Shown here one piece after another: positions 9,964-20,592 of a stretch of DNA of 64,000 nucleotides (its first letter is position 1; each line of letters begins with the position of its first letter). The position numbers and the translations under genes are program-made. Origin of the DNA: Phycisphaeraceae bacterium (GTDB lineage: Bacteria; Planctomycetota; Phycisphaerae; Phycisphaerales; Zrk34); the NCBI GenBank assembly GCA_040905565.1, contig JBBDRF010000083.1, forward strand, positions 1-64,000, read 5' to 3'. Below the pieces are notes generated by a model. The model saw nothing but the letters and a program-made list of their open reading frames with translations, ran no database searches and was not told the DNA's origin.

Positions 9964-11493
9964 GTGAGCCGACTGCCTTTCGATCCGAAGAAGCTTCCCG
10001 ACCGCGATGCCGGCCCCCCCGCTCAGCGTGACCGCGCACGCTACGGCGAATTCGATCAGCCCGAGCCGCTCTCCGTCACGCAGCTGACCACGCTCATCAA
10101 ACGCGTGATTGCCGACCGCACCCCGTCGCCCGTTCGCGTCGTCGGCGAGATCTCCAACTTCTCCGATCGCAAGCACTGGTACCTCTCGCTCAAGGACGAC
10201 GCCAACGTCATCTCCTGCGTCATGTGGGCCTCCGCCGCCGGCCGCTGCGGCTTCACCCCCGATCGCGGGCAGCAGGTCGTCGCCACCGGACGCCTGGACT
10301 ACTACGGCCCCCAGGGCCGCCTCCAGATGTACATCGATCAACTCGAGCCCGTCGGCCAGGGCGCCCTCGAACTGCGCTTCCGTCAACTCTGCGAAGAGCT
10401 TCGCAAGCTCGGCTACTTTGATGACGCTCACAAGCGCCCGCCGCCGTCCTTCCCTCAGCACATCGCCGTCGTCACCAGTGCCGGCGGGGCTGCCCTGCAT
10501 GACGTGGTCAACACCGCCCACCACCGCTGGCCCGGTGTGAAACTCAGCCTCGTGGATGTCCGCGTGCAAGGCGACGAAGCGGCTCAGCAGATCGCCGACG
10601 CCATCGATTCCCTCAGCGCTCATCATGCAGCCCTCGGCATCGACGCGATCATCCTCACCCGAGGCGGCGGCAGCATGGAAGACCTCTGGGCCTTCAACGA
10701 ACGCATCGTCGCCGAGGCGGTCTATCGCTGTCAGCTTTTCGTCGCCGCCGCGATCGGTCACGAGACGGACACCACCGTCGCCGAACTGGTCGCCGACCTT
10801 CGCTGCTCCACGCCGACGCAGGCCGCCGCTCGGCTGGTCCCCGACGCCGCCGCTGAGCATCATCGCATTCAGCAGTACGCCCATCGCCTGCGGACCGCCC
10901 TGCGCCGCCGCGTCGAGAACGCCCGCGCCCGCTGGCAGACCGTCGCCATGCATCCGCTGTTCCGTAAGCCGACCGAGACGATCGACCGCCATCGCCAGAT
11001 GCTTCGTCATCTTGAACATCGCCTCGGAGCGGCTGCGAAGCATCGCGTTGCCGACGCGCGCGATCGCCTGCAGACCGCCCGCCACGACCTGCTCTGCCAC
11101 GACCCCGCCAACCGCGCCCGGCTCGCCCGGCGGGAGCTCGACGAAGCGACACGCCAGCTTCAGAACCATCTACGGCAGCGCCTCGCTTCGGAGCGTCAAC
11201 ACCTTCACGCACTGCAGCGTCAGCTCCAGGCAGTCGGCCCCGACAGCGTCCTCTCGCGCGGCTATTCTTACACCACCGACGAGCAGGGCCAGGTTCTCCG
11301 CTCCGTCGAGCAAACCCAGCCGGGCCAGTCCGTCCTCACCCACCTCGCCGACGGCAAGTTCCGCTCCACCGTCACCCCCCCCACCGGGCCGCCCACCTCG
11401 CCGCCACCGGCGAAGCCTGCCGCGAAGAGAAAATCCAGGCGCCGCGCCGCGGAGACTTCCCAGCCGAAGTTGTTTGATGAACTGGACTCTTGA
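9964..11493 (+). CDS. xseA: Exodeoxyribonuclease VII large subunit
   Basis: GEISNF..HWYLSLKD, RGGGSMEDLWAFNE, IGHETDTT..ADLRCSTPT, VLSRGYS; GTG start at 9964 preferred. Confidence 0.96.
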   Translation: MSRLPFDPKKLPDRDAGPPAQRDRARYGEFDQPEPLSVTQLTTLIKRVIADRTPSPVRVVGEISNFSDRKHWYLSLKDDANVISCVMWASAAGRCGFTPDRGQQVVATGRLDYYGPQGRLQMYIDQLEPVGQGALELRFRQLCEELRKLGYFDDAHKRPPPSFPQHIAVVTSAGGAALHDVVNTAHHRWPGVKLSLVDVRVQGDEAAQQIADAIDSLSAHHAALGIDAIILTRGGGSMEDLWAFNERIVAEAVYRCQLFVAAAIGHETDTTVAELVADLRCSTPTQAAARLVPDAAAEHHRIQQYAHRLRTALRRRVENARARWQTVAMHPLFRKPTETIDRHRQMLRHLEHRLGAAAKHRVADARDRLQTARHDLLCHDPANRARLARRELDEATRQLQNHLRQRLASERQHLHALQRQLQAVGPDSVLSRGYSYTTDEQGQVLRSVEQTQPGQSVLTHLADGKFRSTVTPPTGPPTSPPPAKPAAKRKSRRRAAETSQPKLFDELDS

Positions 11494-11671
11494 TGATAAG
11501 ATTGTTCCTTCCACGGACGACAAAGGGTGGAAAATGCAGCGATTGCTGCCCCCTTTTCCTCTGTTCGTCGGTGGTTGTTTTCCTTTGAGCTTGATTTTTA
11601 TTTTCCATCGGTGATAATGTTGGGCTCGAAACGATCGAACCCTAGCATCGCTGCAAGCAGGAACCGGATAC

Positions 11672-11947
11672 ATGGCCCATTCGCTGTCCGCAAAGAAACG
11701 CATCCGCCAGAACGTCAAGTCGCGTGCTGTGAACCGCTGGCGTAAGAGCCGCGTCAAAGACGACGTCAAGACCTTCCTGCTCGCCGTCCGCGAAGGCGAC
11801 GCCACCAAGGCCGAGGAAGCTTACAAAGCCGCCTCGCGCACTCTGGACAAAGTCGCCGCAGCCGGCACGATTCACAAGAATACAGCTGCAAGGCGTAAAT
11901 CCCGCCTCGCCAAGCGCCTTCACAAGCTGACTCAACCCAGCGCGTGA
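11672..11947 (+). CDS. rpsT: 30S ribosomal protein S20
   Basis: SAKKRIRQN...IHKNTAARRKSRL. Confidence 0.97.
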   Translation: MAHSLSAKKRIRQNVKSRAVNRWRKSRVKDDVKTFLLAVREGDATKAEEAYKAASRTLDKVAAAGTIHKNTAARRKSRLAKRLHKLTQPSA

Positions 11948-11990
11948 CTCTCGCTCATCTGCTGCCTATCCTATGGCAGTCGACCGGTTT

Positions 11991-12061
11991 TGGGGATTAG
12001 TGTAACGGTAGCACGACTGATTCTGGTTCAGTTAGTGGAGGTTCAAATCCTCCATCCCCAG
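11991..12061 (+). tRNA. tRNA-Gln (CTG)
   Basis: TGGGGAT/ATCCCCA acceptor stem, ACTGA-TTCTGGT-TCAGT anticodon arm, GGTTCAAATCC T-loop; CCA not encoded. Confidence 0.95.
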
Positions 12062-12081
12062 TTTCGTTGAATTTCTCAATC

Positions 12082-12119
12082 AACCCCGCTTTGGCGCAAC
12101 GCCGGCGGGGTTATTGTTT
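12082..12119 (+). terminator. Probable intrinsic terminator after tRNA-Gln
   Basis: AACCCCGC...GCGGGGTT stem followed by T-rich tract. Confidence 0.6.
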
Positions 12120-12226
12120 GCGCCCGCCCCTCCCACCCAGGCGCACATCACCTAGCCCCGGCCTTGGCCGGGGTTCCCCCGCTGCGCATGCGCTACGGGC
12201 GGCGAGCGCCGGAACGGTGGCATCCG

Positions 12227-13435
12227 TTACTCGCGACCGTTCCAGTAGATGATGACGTTTCGCGTGGCTCTGCCGGAGGCGACGATGTCCAGTCGTCCGT
12301 CGCCGTCTAGGTCGGCGATCGCCAGATCCTCAGCCGCCATCTGGTTGTCGTCCAGCGTATGGGTCGCCCAGTTCGTGCCGCTTTCGTCGAGCGGCACGTA
12401 CAGCCGAATGCCGACCTGATTCTCAGCATCAGGCATGCGCCACCCCGCGACGATCTGAGGCGGCCCGATGCCGAGAAAATCCGCCACGCCCAGCGCATGC
12501 CCCTGATTCAAGCGGTCGTCAAGCACATGCCGCACCGGCTCCTGCGGATCCGCACCCGAGGTATAAGCAACCACCCTCGGCCCGTGCATAGGCTCGATCG
12601 TAGCCATGGCCACTTCTTCCTCACGCTCAGCCATCCTGAAGCGGATTTCGCCGCCGGGCTCGCTGAGAAACGGCGGCGGGGCCGCCATCGTCGGCTCGGC
12701 GACGCTGAGATCAACCACGGCGCCGATGCCCTCCCGACCGATCACCAGCACATGCTCGTTACCCTGAGGCAGCACAACTACGTCGAGGTTGTGCGTGCCG
12801 CTCATGCCCGTTTCCACGAACGTGCTCGCCCATTCACCCTCGGCAAGATTGTCCGGTGGTGTAACAACTTGAACGCGCACGCCGTCGCCGGCCGCCTCGC
12901 CGTCACCGTCGGTCTTCGGGTTCAGCGGGAGCACGACCAGGCGGAACTGCTCCGCCGCCGCCTTCACCCAGCGCATGCGGTGCGTGGTGGGATCGTGCGG
13001 CTTGATCTGCCGGGCCTCCCATCGCTGTGTCGGATCGTCAGGCCGATGCAGATAGAACACGGCCCCCGACCGCTCGACATCCGCCGTTTCGCTTGGGTTC
13101 CACTGCGCCCCGATGGCCACTTCGACCTTGCCGTCGCCGTTGATGTCGCGGGCGGCGATGCAGACGTTGTCAGCATCGGTCAGATTCTCCGCCATCACGT
13201 GCTTGTCCCAGGGCTGCCCCGCCTCGCCGGGATTGCGGTACCACACAATCTGCCTGCTGTCGGCGAGCAGAATGTCCGGCTGCTCGTCGCCGTCAACATC
13301 GCCGACCGCGACGCCGTAGCCGACGCTGATCGCGTCATCGATGGTCTGGGGATGGAAATTGGGCTCGGGGATTTCGCCGAGCGCGGTGCCGGCGAAGGTC
13401 AGCATGACGATCAGTAGGATGCGGATGTGTGACAT
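12227..13435 (-). CDS. Secreted FG-GAP/VCBS-repeat beta-propeller protein
   Basis: Signal peptide; GDVDGDEQPDI, DINGDGKVEV, ADLDGDGRLDIV Ca-binding repeats. Confidence 0.85.
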   Translation of the reverse strand: MSHIRILLIVMLTFAGTALGEIPEPNFHPQTIDDAISVGYGVAVGDVDGDEQPDILLADSRQIVWYRNPGEAGQPWDKHVMAENLTDADNVCIAARDINGDGKVEVAIGAQWNPSETADVERSGAVFYLHRPDDPTQRWEARQIKPHDPTTHRMRWVKAAAEQFRLVVLPLNPKTDGDGEAAGDGVRVQVVTPPDNLAEGEWASTFVETGMSGTHNLDVVVLPQGNEHVLVIGREGIGAVVDLSVAEPTMAAPPPFLSEPGGEIRFRMAEREEEVAMATIEPMHGPRVVAYTSGADPQEPVRHVLDDRLNQGHALGVADFLGIGPPQIVAGWRMPDAENQVGIRLYVPLDESGTNWATHTLDDNQMAAEDLAIADLDGDGRLDIVASGRATRNVIIYWNGRE

Positions 13436-13486
13436 TTGCGTTTCCTGATGCAGTAGCAGTTGTGCTGGTCTATCACGTTCGACCCG

Positions 13487-16285
13487 TCACGGCCGACGGC
13501 GGGTGCGTTGTCCCGCTTTGCGGCGGGCTTGATCCATGGCTGAGAGGACGTCGCCGCCCTCGTCCTGAGCCGGGGGAGGCGCTGAGGGTTTTGCCGCTGA
13601 AGCAACGCCCGCTGCGGGTGCTGCCACGGGGCGGGCGGACTGTCCGGGCTGCGCTTTGGCCGGCCTGGCGGGCGTTGGTGCCGGCTGCGCAGCGTCCGAT
13701 TGCGAAGGTTGTTTCACGCGCCGGCGACGCAGCAGCTTCATGACGTTGGTGACGTGGCCGGTGCGGCGTTCGAAGACTTCGAGCAGGAACACGACCGCCG
13801 CGATCAGCAGCAGGTACGGCGAGAGGTCGACCATGCGAGGCCGACGGCTCATCTCCGACCACACGCCGCCCATGTCCAGCCGTTCGACGCCGCCGCTCGC
13901 CCGCGCCAGTTGCCGCAAGCTTTCTACGCCTCGCCGCGTGGTCACCGGAGCGTACTCCGGTGCATAAGGTAGCGTCACCGGCGCTCCTGCCACGACCGCC
14001 TCGCCGTTCTGCCCGGGCCTCTGGATCGAGGCGGTGACGATGACGGTCTCCGCGCCGTGCAGCGTGACGTCGTAGCCGAGTTCGTCCGCAGCGATGTAGG
14101 CCATGTTTACCTGTTCGGCCACGGGGCCTTCGCCGGGATGACCTCGGAGGATGGTCAGTTCGGGCAGATCGGTAAACGGCGGCCCATCGCTGCGCGGATC
14201 GAGATGCAGCCGCACGCGCAGCCGGCCTTCTTCAAGTTGCTGGGTGAGGACCATATCGTCGCCGAGGTCGTTATCTTCGCCAGCCGCCCAGCGTGCCATG
14301 GAGGTCATCATGTCGCCGACCTCCTGCCACTGGGCGATGGGGCCGGTGAATTCACCGTCCGCTTCACCGGTGTAGGCGACGGCACGCCCGAGCCCAGCCT
14401 GCCATGCTGCGAGCAGCGGCGCTTCGTATTCATCACGCGTACGGATGGCCAGTTGCGCCCCCTCACGCAGGTACGTCAGGCCGTAGCCGCCGACCGCCGG
14501 CACGTCGCCGGGCGACCACCCCAGCAACCCACGGAAATTCGACGCGGAGGCAACCGGCGTGAGTTCTTCGATGAACGTGGACCGTGCGATTATCTCGATA
14601 TCCTGGGCAAAAAGCCTGGGCAGTTGCTTCGCGTCCATCGTTTCGTAGTAACGTCCTGCCCCGCGCTGAGCAATCCCTTCAAGCAGTTGCCGATCGACGC
14701 CGGCCCCCAGCGCCACCGTCGAGACGGTCGCGTTCATCTGGCGCAGTTCATCAACGAGCCCGAGGTGGTCGGCGTCGGGCGTCTGGCCATCACTGAGGAC
14801 GATCACGTGCCGATTCTGCGTCGTCGCCGCACGCAGCATGTTCCGGGCAGCGACCATGCCCGAATGCAGGTTCGTCCCGCCTGCGGATTGAATACGCGAG
14901 ATGTCATGCTTGATCGCTCCCGCATTGCCCGCCGACTGCAGGCTGCTGGCGATGTTGGCCTGTCCATCGAAGATCACCACCCCTACTTCGTCGACAGGCG
15001 TGAGCATATCGACGGCCATGATGGAAGCTTCGCGCGCCATCGCCAGTGGTTCGCCGCTCATACTCCCGGAGCGATCGATGACGAGCACCATCGCCGTCGC
15101 AAGTTTGCGATGCTCCTGCCGCAGTTCCATCGACACCGGCAACACCGGATCCAGCGGCCCTTCAAAGTAGCCGCCTGCGCCGAAGCTGTGAGGCCCGCCT
15201 GTCATCAACAAGCCTCCGCCGGCGTGCTGCACCCACTGCGCCATGTTCGCCAGCCGCGTATTGCCGAACGACCGCGCGGGGACATCTTCAAGAACGACTG
15301 CGGAGTAGCCGCCGAGCTGCCCAAGGTCACCGACGAACCCGCTCGGGCCGATCGCGCTGACATCAAGCCCGCCGGCCCGCAGCAGCCGCGCCAACGGTGG
15401 ATCCGCCTTCTCGCTAACCAGCAGAATCGGCCTGCGGCCTTCGACGCCGACCAGCAGCCGGGCCGTGTTATTCTCAAGCTGCGGGTCGTCCCCCTCGCCA
15501 CGGATGCGCAGTGTGTACGAAGCGGTCCCCGCGCTTTGGACCGCATCACGGAACGTCAGCCGCGACTGCCCCGCCGCCACATCACGCGTGCCCCCAGCGA
15601 TCACCCGATCACCTCGGCTCAGCTCGTAACGCACCTGCTGAGCCGTGGGCGCGCGAAGCGTGGCTGCGACGAGAAACTCCTGCTCGGGCGTCACGCGCGC
15701 CGGGCCGTCGAGCCGTTCGATCGCGAGGTCATTGACGACAGGCCGCTCCATGACGCGGTAGTCGACGCCGATGCCGCGCCCCGCCGCCCGCCCGGCCGTC
15801 TGCGAAAGATCGCGCCCGGTCCAGCGGCCGTCGCTGAGCACGATCACCCGCCCTTCTCCGTCGCGCGGCACCATCGTCAGCCCCGCTTCCACTGCCTCGG
15901 CAATGTTCGACGCATCACTGCCGACTTCCGTCACGAATCCGCCGAACGGCTGATGCTCCGGTGACTGCTCCACGCGAACCTCACGCCCGAAGCCCAGCAC
16001 CGCAAGCCGATCCTCCGTGCGCATGCCGCTGGCCAGCGTGGCGATGAGTTCGCTTTGCCGCTGCTCCATCCCCTCGGGCATCGAAGCGCTGCGGTCGGCG
16101 ACGACGACCACCGTCGCGCCGTGGCCCGGCAGCACCACCGCCACGCGCGCCAGAGCCGCCACCACCAGCAGGCAGACGATGCTGCGCAGCACCTGCGTGC
16201 CGAAGCCCGGCACACGCCACAACCAGACCGCCACGCCCAACGGCAACGCCAGCAGCAACCACATCGGCTCAAGCAGCGTCGTCAT
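13487..16285 (-). CDS. Membrane protein with two VWA domains and a glutamine-amidotransferase-like domain
   Basis: MIDAS DRSASM and DRSGSM, LSDG motifs, GGGLLMTGGPHSFGAGGY, N- and C-terminal TM; ATGA overlap fixes the start at 16285. Confidence 0.85.
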   Translation of the reverse strand: MTTLLEPMWLLLALPLGVAVWLWRVPGFGTQVLRSIVCLLVVAALARVAVVLPGHGATVVVVADRSASMPEGMEQRQSELIATLASGMRTEDRLAVLGFGREVRVEQSPEHQPFGGFVTEVGSDASNIAEAVEAGLTMVPRDGEGRVIVLSDGRWTGRDLSQTAGRAAGRGIGVDYRVMERPVVNDLAIERLDGPARVTPEQEFLVAATLRAPTAQQVRYELSRGDRVIAGGTRDVAAGQSRLTFRDAVQSAGTASYTLRIRGEGDDPQLENNTARLLVGVEGRRPILLVSEKADPPLARLLRAGGLDVSAIGPSGFVGDLGQLGGYSAVVLEDVPARSFGNTRLANMAQWVQHAGGGLLMTGGPHSFGAGGYFEGPLDPVLPVSMELRQEHRKLATAMVLVIDRSGSMSGEPLAMAREASIMAVDMLTPVDEVGVVIFDGQANIASSLQSAGNAGAIKHDISRIQSAGGTNLHSGMVAARNMLRAATTQNRHVIVLSDGQTPDADHLGLVDELRQMNATVSTVALGAGVDRQLLEGIAQRGAGRYYETMDAKQLPRLFAQDIEIIARSTFIEELTPVASASNFRGLLGWSPGDVPAVGGYGLTYLREGAQLAIRTRDEYEAPLLAAWQAGLGRAVAYTGEADGEFTGPIAQWQEVGDMMTSMARWAAGEDNDLGDDMVLTQQLEEGRLRVRLHLDPRSDGPPFTDLPELTILRGHPGEGPVAEQVNMAYIAADELGYDVTLHGAETVIVTASIQRPGQNGEAVVAGAPVTLPYAPEYAPVTTRRGVESLRQLARASGGVERLDMGGVWSEMSRRPRMVDLSPYLLLIAAVVFLLEVFERRTGHVTNVMKLLRRRRVKQPSQSDAAQPAPTPARPAKAQPGQSARPVAAPAAGVASAAKPSAPPPAQDEGGDVLSAMDQARRKAGQRTRRRP

Positions 16286-18177
16286 ACCGCACTCCCCTGC
16301 CGCCGCAGCAGCCAACCGTGCCAGAGCAGCAGCCCCGTCACCACCAGCACGAACGCCCAGCCGATATCGCGATAGGTTTGCCCCAGCGTCTGAACCTCCT
16401 GCCAATCGCCCCACGTTCCCGTGGCCGAGTTGCGCAGATCCGAAGCTGTCCGGCTGCTGGCGTTCACGGCGAGGCGTCCTTCGAGGCGATCGCCTTCTTC
16501 ACCACCCGCGATGTACGACCACACGCCCGGCTGATCCATCATCACCGCCGCTTCGCCGGTCGGCGCGTTCACCGTCCGCGACTCACCGGCGGGCGTGGTC
16601 AACTCCAGCACATCCACCCCCCGAGGCAGCCGCACCGTCACGCCCTGCCCGACCGCTGCGTTCGTCGGCCGCGCGCCTGGCCGAGCCTCCTGCCGCCATC
16701 GCACAAGATTGTCCAGCAGGATGACCCAGTCGGGGGCACTGAGCAGATTCGATCCCTCACCGCGCCAGCGTAGCGAAACCGTCCGCCCGCCCGTGGCACG
16801 TTCCGCCACGCTCAGCAGGGCCTCGTTGCCGACCATCACAATCGCCTGCCCCGGCACGTCGCGCTGCCCGCCGGCCTGTGTTTCATCTTGCGATTCTGCA
16901 TCGTCGGACGGGCGATTGACTGACCAGAGGACGCCGCTGAGCGCGAGGCCCTGCGTGAGCGGATGCGTGGTGTCGATCGCGTACGGCCCCGCAAGCACGC
17001 CTGTCTCGCCCCGGCCACGCACGATCCTGAACACGTGACGTTCGGCATTGCTCGCAGCCGCTTCGGGCGAAGCATCCGTGATCAGCAGTTCCGCTTCCGC
17101 AGCGGCGACGAAACGCACGCGGCCGGTCGATTCCAGCGCACGTCTTATCGCCCGGACAAGGCGTTCGCCGGTGCTTGTGTCGTCTTCGATCGCCACGGCC
17201 ACACGCACCCGCAGCGGACGGTTTTCCAGCAGCACCGCTTCGTTGTCCAAAACCAGAGCGTCCTCCTGCTCAAGCTGGATATGGGCCGGTTGGTCTGGAG
17301 TCAGCCGCGTCCGAATCCGCCTTGTCTCACCCGCCTCCAGCGTGATGCCGATACGCTGAGCCGCCACGCCTTCCTGCTCGATGCGCAAGACAGCCTCAGC
17401 CGCACGCGTGCCGAAGTTCCCCACTTCAAGCACGCCCCCCCCACCGTTCTCCGCAGCATTCCCGTCAGCGGTGTCGTTTTCCGTATCGGTGCTATTTGCC
17501 GGCCGATCGCTGTGACGCCAGGCGTTGATGATGGCGAGGTTGGGATCGGCTTCCCCGAAGGCCGCCCATCGGATGCGGCCGCCTTCGAGGGCAGTCTCGT
17601 CATCAGGCGGCCGATGCGTGACGACCATCACCCGCCCCGTCTCGCCCACCATCTCCGAAGCGCGGGCGATGGCAGCATCGAGATCCGCGCGCGGCGCCGT
17701 CGGCTGCCAATCCGCCAGAGCCGATTGGAGTTGATCGTGCCGTTCAATCACGTCGCCCAGCACACGCGGCTCCAGCCCCGCCGCGAGCAGCCGCACACGA
17801 TGGCGACCCGGCTGAAGCTGTTCGGTCAGCGCGTCGATCGCCCGCTCCCGTACGCTCTGGTCCGTCCCCGCCTGCATCGCGAACGAATCGTCGAGCACCA
17901 CCGCGATCGGTACGCGCACCGTCGAAGCCGTCGCCCGTGGACCGGCCGCCGCCAGCACGAGCCCCGCCAGGATCAAAAGCTCCAGCAGCAAGATGAGCCA
18001 CGGCGGCTGAAAATGCTCCACGCGCTGCCCGCCGGATTTCACCGCCGTCAGCTGTTGCCAGATGATGTGGCTCGAGACCACCCGCCGTCGATACCGCGTC
18101 TGCAGCAGGTAGATTCCCGCGAGAATCGGTAACGCCACCAGCCCCGCCAACATGATCGGCAACGTCAGAATACCCAT
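16282..18177 (-). CDS. BatA-domain/VWA membrane protein
   Basis: LPILAGIYLL..RYRRRVVSS..W N-terminus, AAAGP, degenerate MIDAS DDSFAM, C-terminal TM. Confidence 0.82.
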   Translation of the reverse strand: MGILTLPIMLAGLVALPILAGIYLLQTRYRRRVVSSHIIWQQLTAVKSGGQRVEHFQPPWLILLLELLILAGLVLAAAGPRATASTVRVPIAVVLDDSFAMQAGTDQSVRERAIDALTEQLQPGRHRVRLLAAGLEPRVLGDVIERHDQLQSALADWQPTAPRADLDAAIARASEMVGETGRVMVVTHRPPDDETALEGGRIRWAAFGEADPNLAIINAWRHSDRPANSTDTENDTADGNAAENGGGGVLEVGNFGTRAAEAVLRIEQEGVAAQRIGITLEAGETRRIRTRLTPDQPAHIQLEQEDALVLDNEAVLLENRPLRVRVAVAIEDDTSTGERLVRAIRRALESTGRVRFVAAAEAELLITDASPEAAASNAERHVFRIVRGRGETGVLAGPYAIDTTHPLTQGLALSGVLWSVNRPSDDAESQDETQAGGQRDVPGQAIVMVGNEALLSVAERATGGRTVSLRWRGEGSNLLSAPDWVILLDNLVRWRQEARPGARPTNAAVGQGVTVRLPRGVDVLELTTPAGESRTVNAPTGEAAVMMDQPGVWSYIAGGEEGDRLEGRLAVNASSRTASDLRNSATGTWGDWQEVQTLGQTYRDIGWAFVLVVTGLLLWHGWLLRRQGSAV

Positions 18178-19052
18178 CAGGCAGCCTTCAACACGTGAGC
18201 ATGCACCAGCGATTCCAGTTCCCAGTCAGCCAGCAGATCCTCCGCGACCAGCGGCACCAGCACGGCCCCCAGCCCCGCCGCCGCCTCCTGCCACATCTGC
18301 TGATGCCGGGCCAGCAGTTGCGTGTATCGCTGTTCCACGCCCGCATCCACCGCCACGTCAAGCGTCTGCCCGCTCTCACTATCGACCACCCGCACGCTGC
18401 CGCGTTCACCGACGCCCATGTCGGCCTTTGCAAGGATTTGAATCACAACGAGCCCCGCTGCCGACTCCGCCATCGGTCGAAGCGTGGCCAGCGGATCGCC
18501 TGCGAAAAGCAGATCGCTGATGAGCATCCGAAGCGATCCCGATCGCCACCGCGGCCGCATCTGCTGCAAAGCTGCGTCGACACTGAAATCGCCAGCGAAG
18601 CTCAACCCATGCCAGGCTTCTGGTCGACCACTGCCCTGCGCAAGCGGCTGACAGCCCCGCTCCCCCGCAAGCGAAACCTCCCACGTAAAACGGCTGTTCT
18701 CCGCAGCCGTGACCAACGCCCCCGCCATCGCCACGGTGGCGTCGGCCTTGGCGGTTTCTTCCAGCGCCATTGAAGCGGAAGTATCGATCAGCAGTTCCAG
18801 ATGTGGGCAGACCTCGTCACGGAAGGTCTTCACATGCAGACGATCAGAGCGGGCGTAAGCGGACCAGTCGATGCGCCGAACGTCGTCGCCGGGGTGGTAA
18901 ACGCGGTGGTCCATGAACTCGAGGCTGGAGCCGACGTCTCGGCCGAGCTTCGCCCCGACCACGCCGCGCGTCACGCGCCTGGGATCGGCGAGCGCCAGCC
19001 GAGCCGCTGCACGCTGACCTTCGAAAGCGGCCTGTCGCAAACGCTCATCCAC
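18177..19052 (-). CDS. DUF58 family protein
   Basis: GSSLEFMDHRVYHPGDDVRRIDWSAYARSD, DTSASM, ISDL. Confidence 0.93.
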   Translation of the reverse strand: MDERLRQAAFEGQRAAARLALADPRRVTRGVVGAKLGRDVGSSLEFMDHRVYHPGDDVRRIDWSAYARSDRLHVKTFRDEVCPHLELLIDTSASMALEETAKADATVAMAGALVTAAENSRFTWEVSLAGERGCQPLAQGSGRPEAWHGLSFAGDFSVDAALQQMRPRWRSGSLRMLISDLLFAGDPLATLRPMAESAAGLVVIQILAKADMGVGERGSVRVVDSESGQTLDVAVDAGVEQRYTQLLARHQQMWQEAAAGLGAVLVPLVAEDLLADWELESLVHAHVLKAA

Positions 19053-20592
19053 GCGTGTTCTCCTCGGTCACCACCGCCGGCTGCAGCGCATCGTCGCCGT
19101 TGGTCGTGGGCACTTCCACCGCGGGCGTCGCAGGGGCATCGGCCTCGGCGCGCGGCGGACGGAAGCGGGCGATCCGCCTGACCAGCCACGGCAACTGTGC
19201 ACCCACCAGCAGGACCACCGCCACCCGCCCCAGCCACAAGGGCTCCTCCAGCGAATCGCTGAACACCACGCCCACCGACGTAATCCACCACGAAGGCGAC
19301 AACTGATCCAACATCATGTTGCCCGTCAGCACCGCTGCCACCACGGGCCACGCGGTACCCAGCGCCATCAGGATTAGCGCCATCGCGAACGTGTGGGCCG
19401 GATTGATCAGCTTGCCGAGCGGCGTCAACCGCACCAGGAGGAACCCGACCAAACTGTAGCTGAGCAGATACGTGGCCATCACTTCCAGCCGCATTGCTTC
19501 AGTCGGGTCCAGTATCGCCGTCGACGACACCTGCGACCAGACGATGCCGACCGTGGCGGCCATCAGCAAAAGCGTCCACGCGATGCCGTTCGCCGCCCCG
19601 CTGAACAGCAGGAAGGCCGGCACCCGCAGCAGATGCCGCCGCGGCACCTTCGCCGCCAGCCTGCGATTGAGCACGTCGCGTTCGCCGATCGCTGCCAGCG
19701 AAGCGAGCCCCAGCGCCAGCACCGATCCCCAGCCCCAAAGCAGGATAGCCTCCGAATAACCAGCCGCGAACGCCAGAACGCCCGTCCCCGCCCACACCAC
19801 CACGAAACACGCACGCGGCAGCACCGCCCGGTTCGATGATGCCGGGCTCACCGCCGCCACCGCCAGGGTGAACAGCAGCAGTGCCGTCCCCGCGTAGAAC
19901 CCGACCAACCCTAGCCAGCCCAACACCGTCACATGCGTGAGCACGCCGAAGCTGATCACCCCGTAGGACCATTGCATCGTCATCGAGAACGCGGAGACGA
20001 AAGCCATGAACGTCCCGAACTGCACGATCGATCGTGCGAACCGCGCCATCGGGATGCTCGCCACGAAGATCGCCAACAGCACGCACCAGGAGATCACCAT
20101 GAGATTGACCGCCAGGAGCGTGAAGATGGTCGGCAGATCGATGCCGCGTAGCAGGTACGCCAGCGTGAGAAAGGGCAGGCACAGCGAATAAATCAGCAGC
20201 GTCATGACCATCGCCGACACGAACTTCCCGCTGATAATCCGCCAAGGTTTGAGCGTCGTGATGAACATCAGGTCGACGTTCTGATCACTCCGTTCCGACG
20301 CAAGCCGATACGCCGTGGTGCCCGGTACGAACAGCAGGCAAGTCGCCAGCAGAATGCCCAGCAGGAACATGAACAGTTCCGGGCCGTCGCCGAATGATTG
20401 CGATCCTGTGCCGGACGTCAGCGTGTAAACCGCGACGACACCCGCCTGCACGATCAGGAACAGCACCAGCACGCCGGTGATGGTTTTGCCCGCCACCGCC
20501 TGCCGCATCTCCTTCACCGCGATCGGGTTCACGAAGTCGCTGAGGCGCTGGCCCATGCGTTCGAATCTAGCTGCACGCGCTTCGCTCATCAC
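19045..20592 (-). CDS. ABC-2-type permease-like polytopic membrane protein
   Basis: NPIAVKEMRQ, SERSDQNVDLMFITTLKPWRIISGK; many TMs. Confidence 0.85.
   Translation of the reverse strand: MMSEARAARFERMGQRLSDFVNPIAVKEMRQAVAGKTITGVLVLFLIVQAGVVAVYTLTSGTGSQSFGDGPELFMFLLGILLATCLLFVPGTTAYRLASERSDQNVDLMFITTLKPWRIISGKFVSAMVMTLLIYSLCLPFLTLAYLLRGIDLPTIFTLLAVNLMVISWCVLLAIFVASIPMARFARSIVQFGTFMAFVSAFSMTMQWSYGVISFGVLTHVTVLGWLGLVGFYAGTALLLFTLAVAAVSPASSNRAVLPRACFVVVWAGTGVLAFAAGYSEAILLWGWGSVLALGLASLAAIGERDVLNRRLAAKVPRRHLLRVPAFLLFSGAANGIAWTLLLMAATVGIVWSQVSSTAILDPTEAMRLEVMATYLLSYSLVGFLLVRLTPLGKLINPAHTFAMALILMALGTAWPVVAAVLTGNMMLDQLSPSWWITSVGVVFSDSLEEPLWLGRVAVVLLVGAQLPWLVRRIARFRPPRAEADAPATPAVEVPTTNGDDALQPAVVTEENTRG

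Noticed and set aside
11991..12230. tRNA-Gln as an integration site for a genomic island
   Set aside because: No integrase or transposase in the window and no duplicated tRNA 3' end seen.
14057..15964. 635-aa plus-strand ORF and other long antisense ORFs (e.g. 29149-31137, 37003-38571, 40631-42370, 48097-49803)
   Set aside because: Shadow frames opposite well-supported genes in high-GC DNA; no recognisable motifs.
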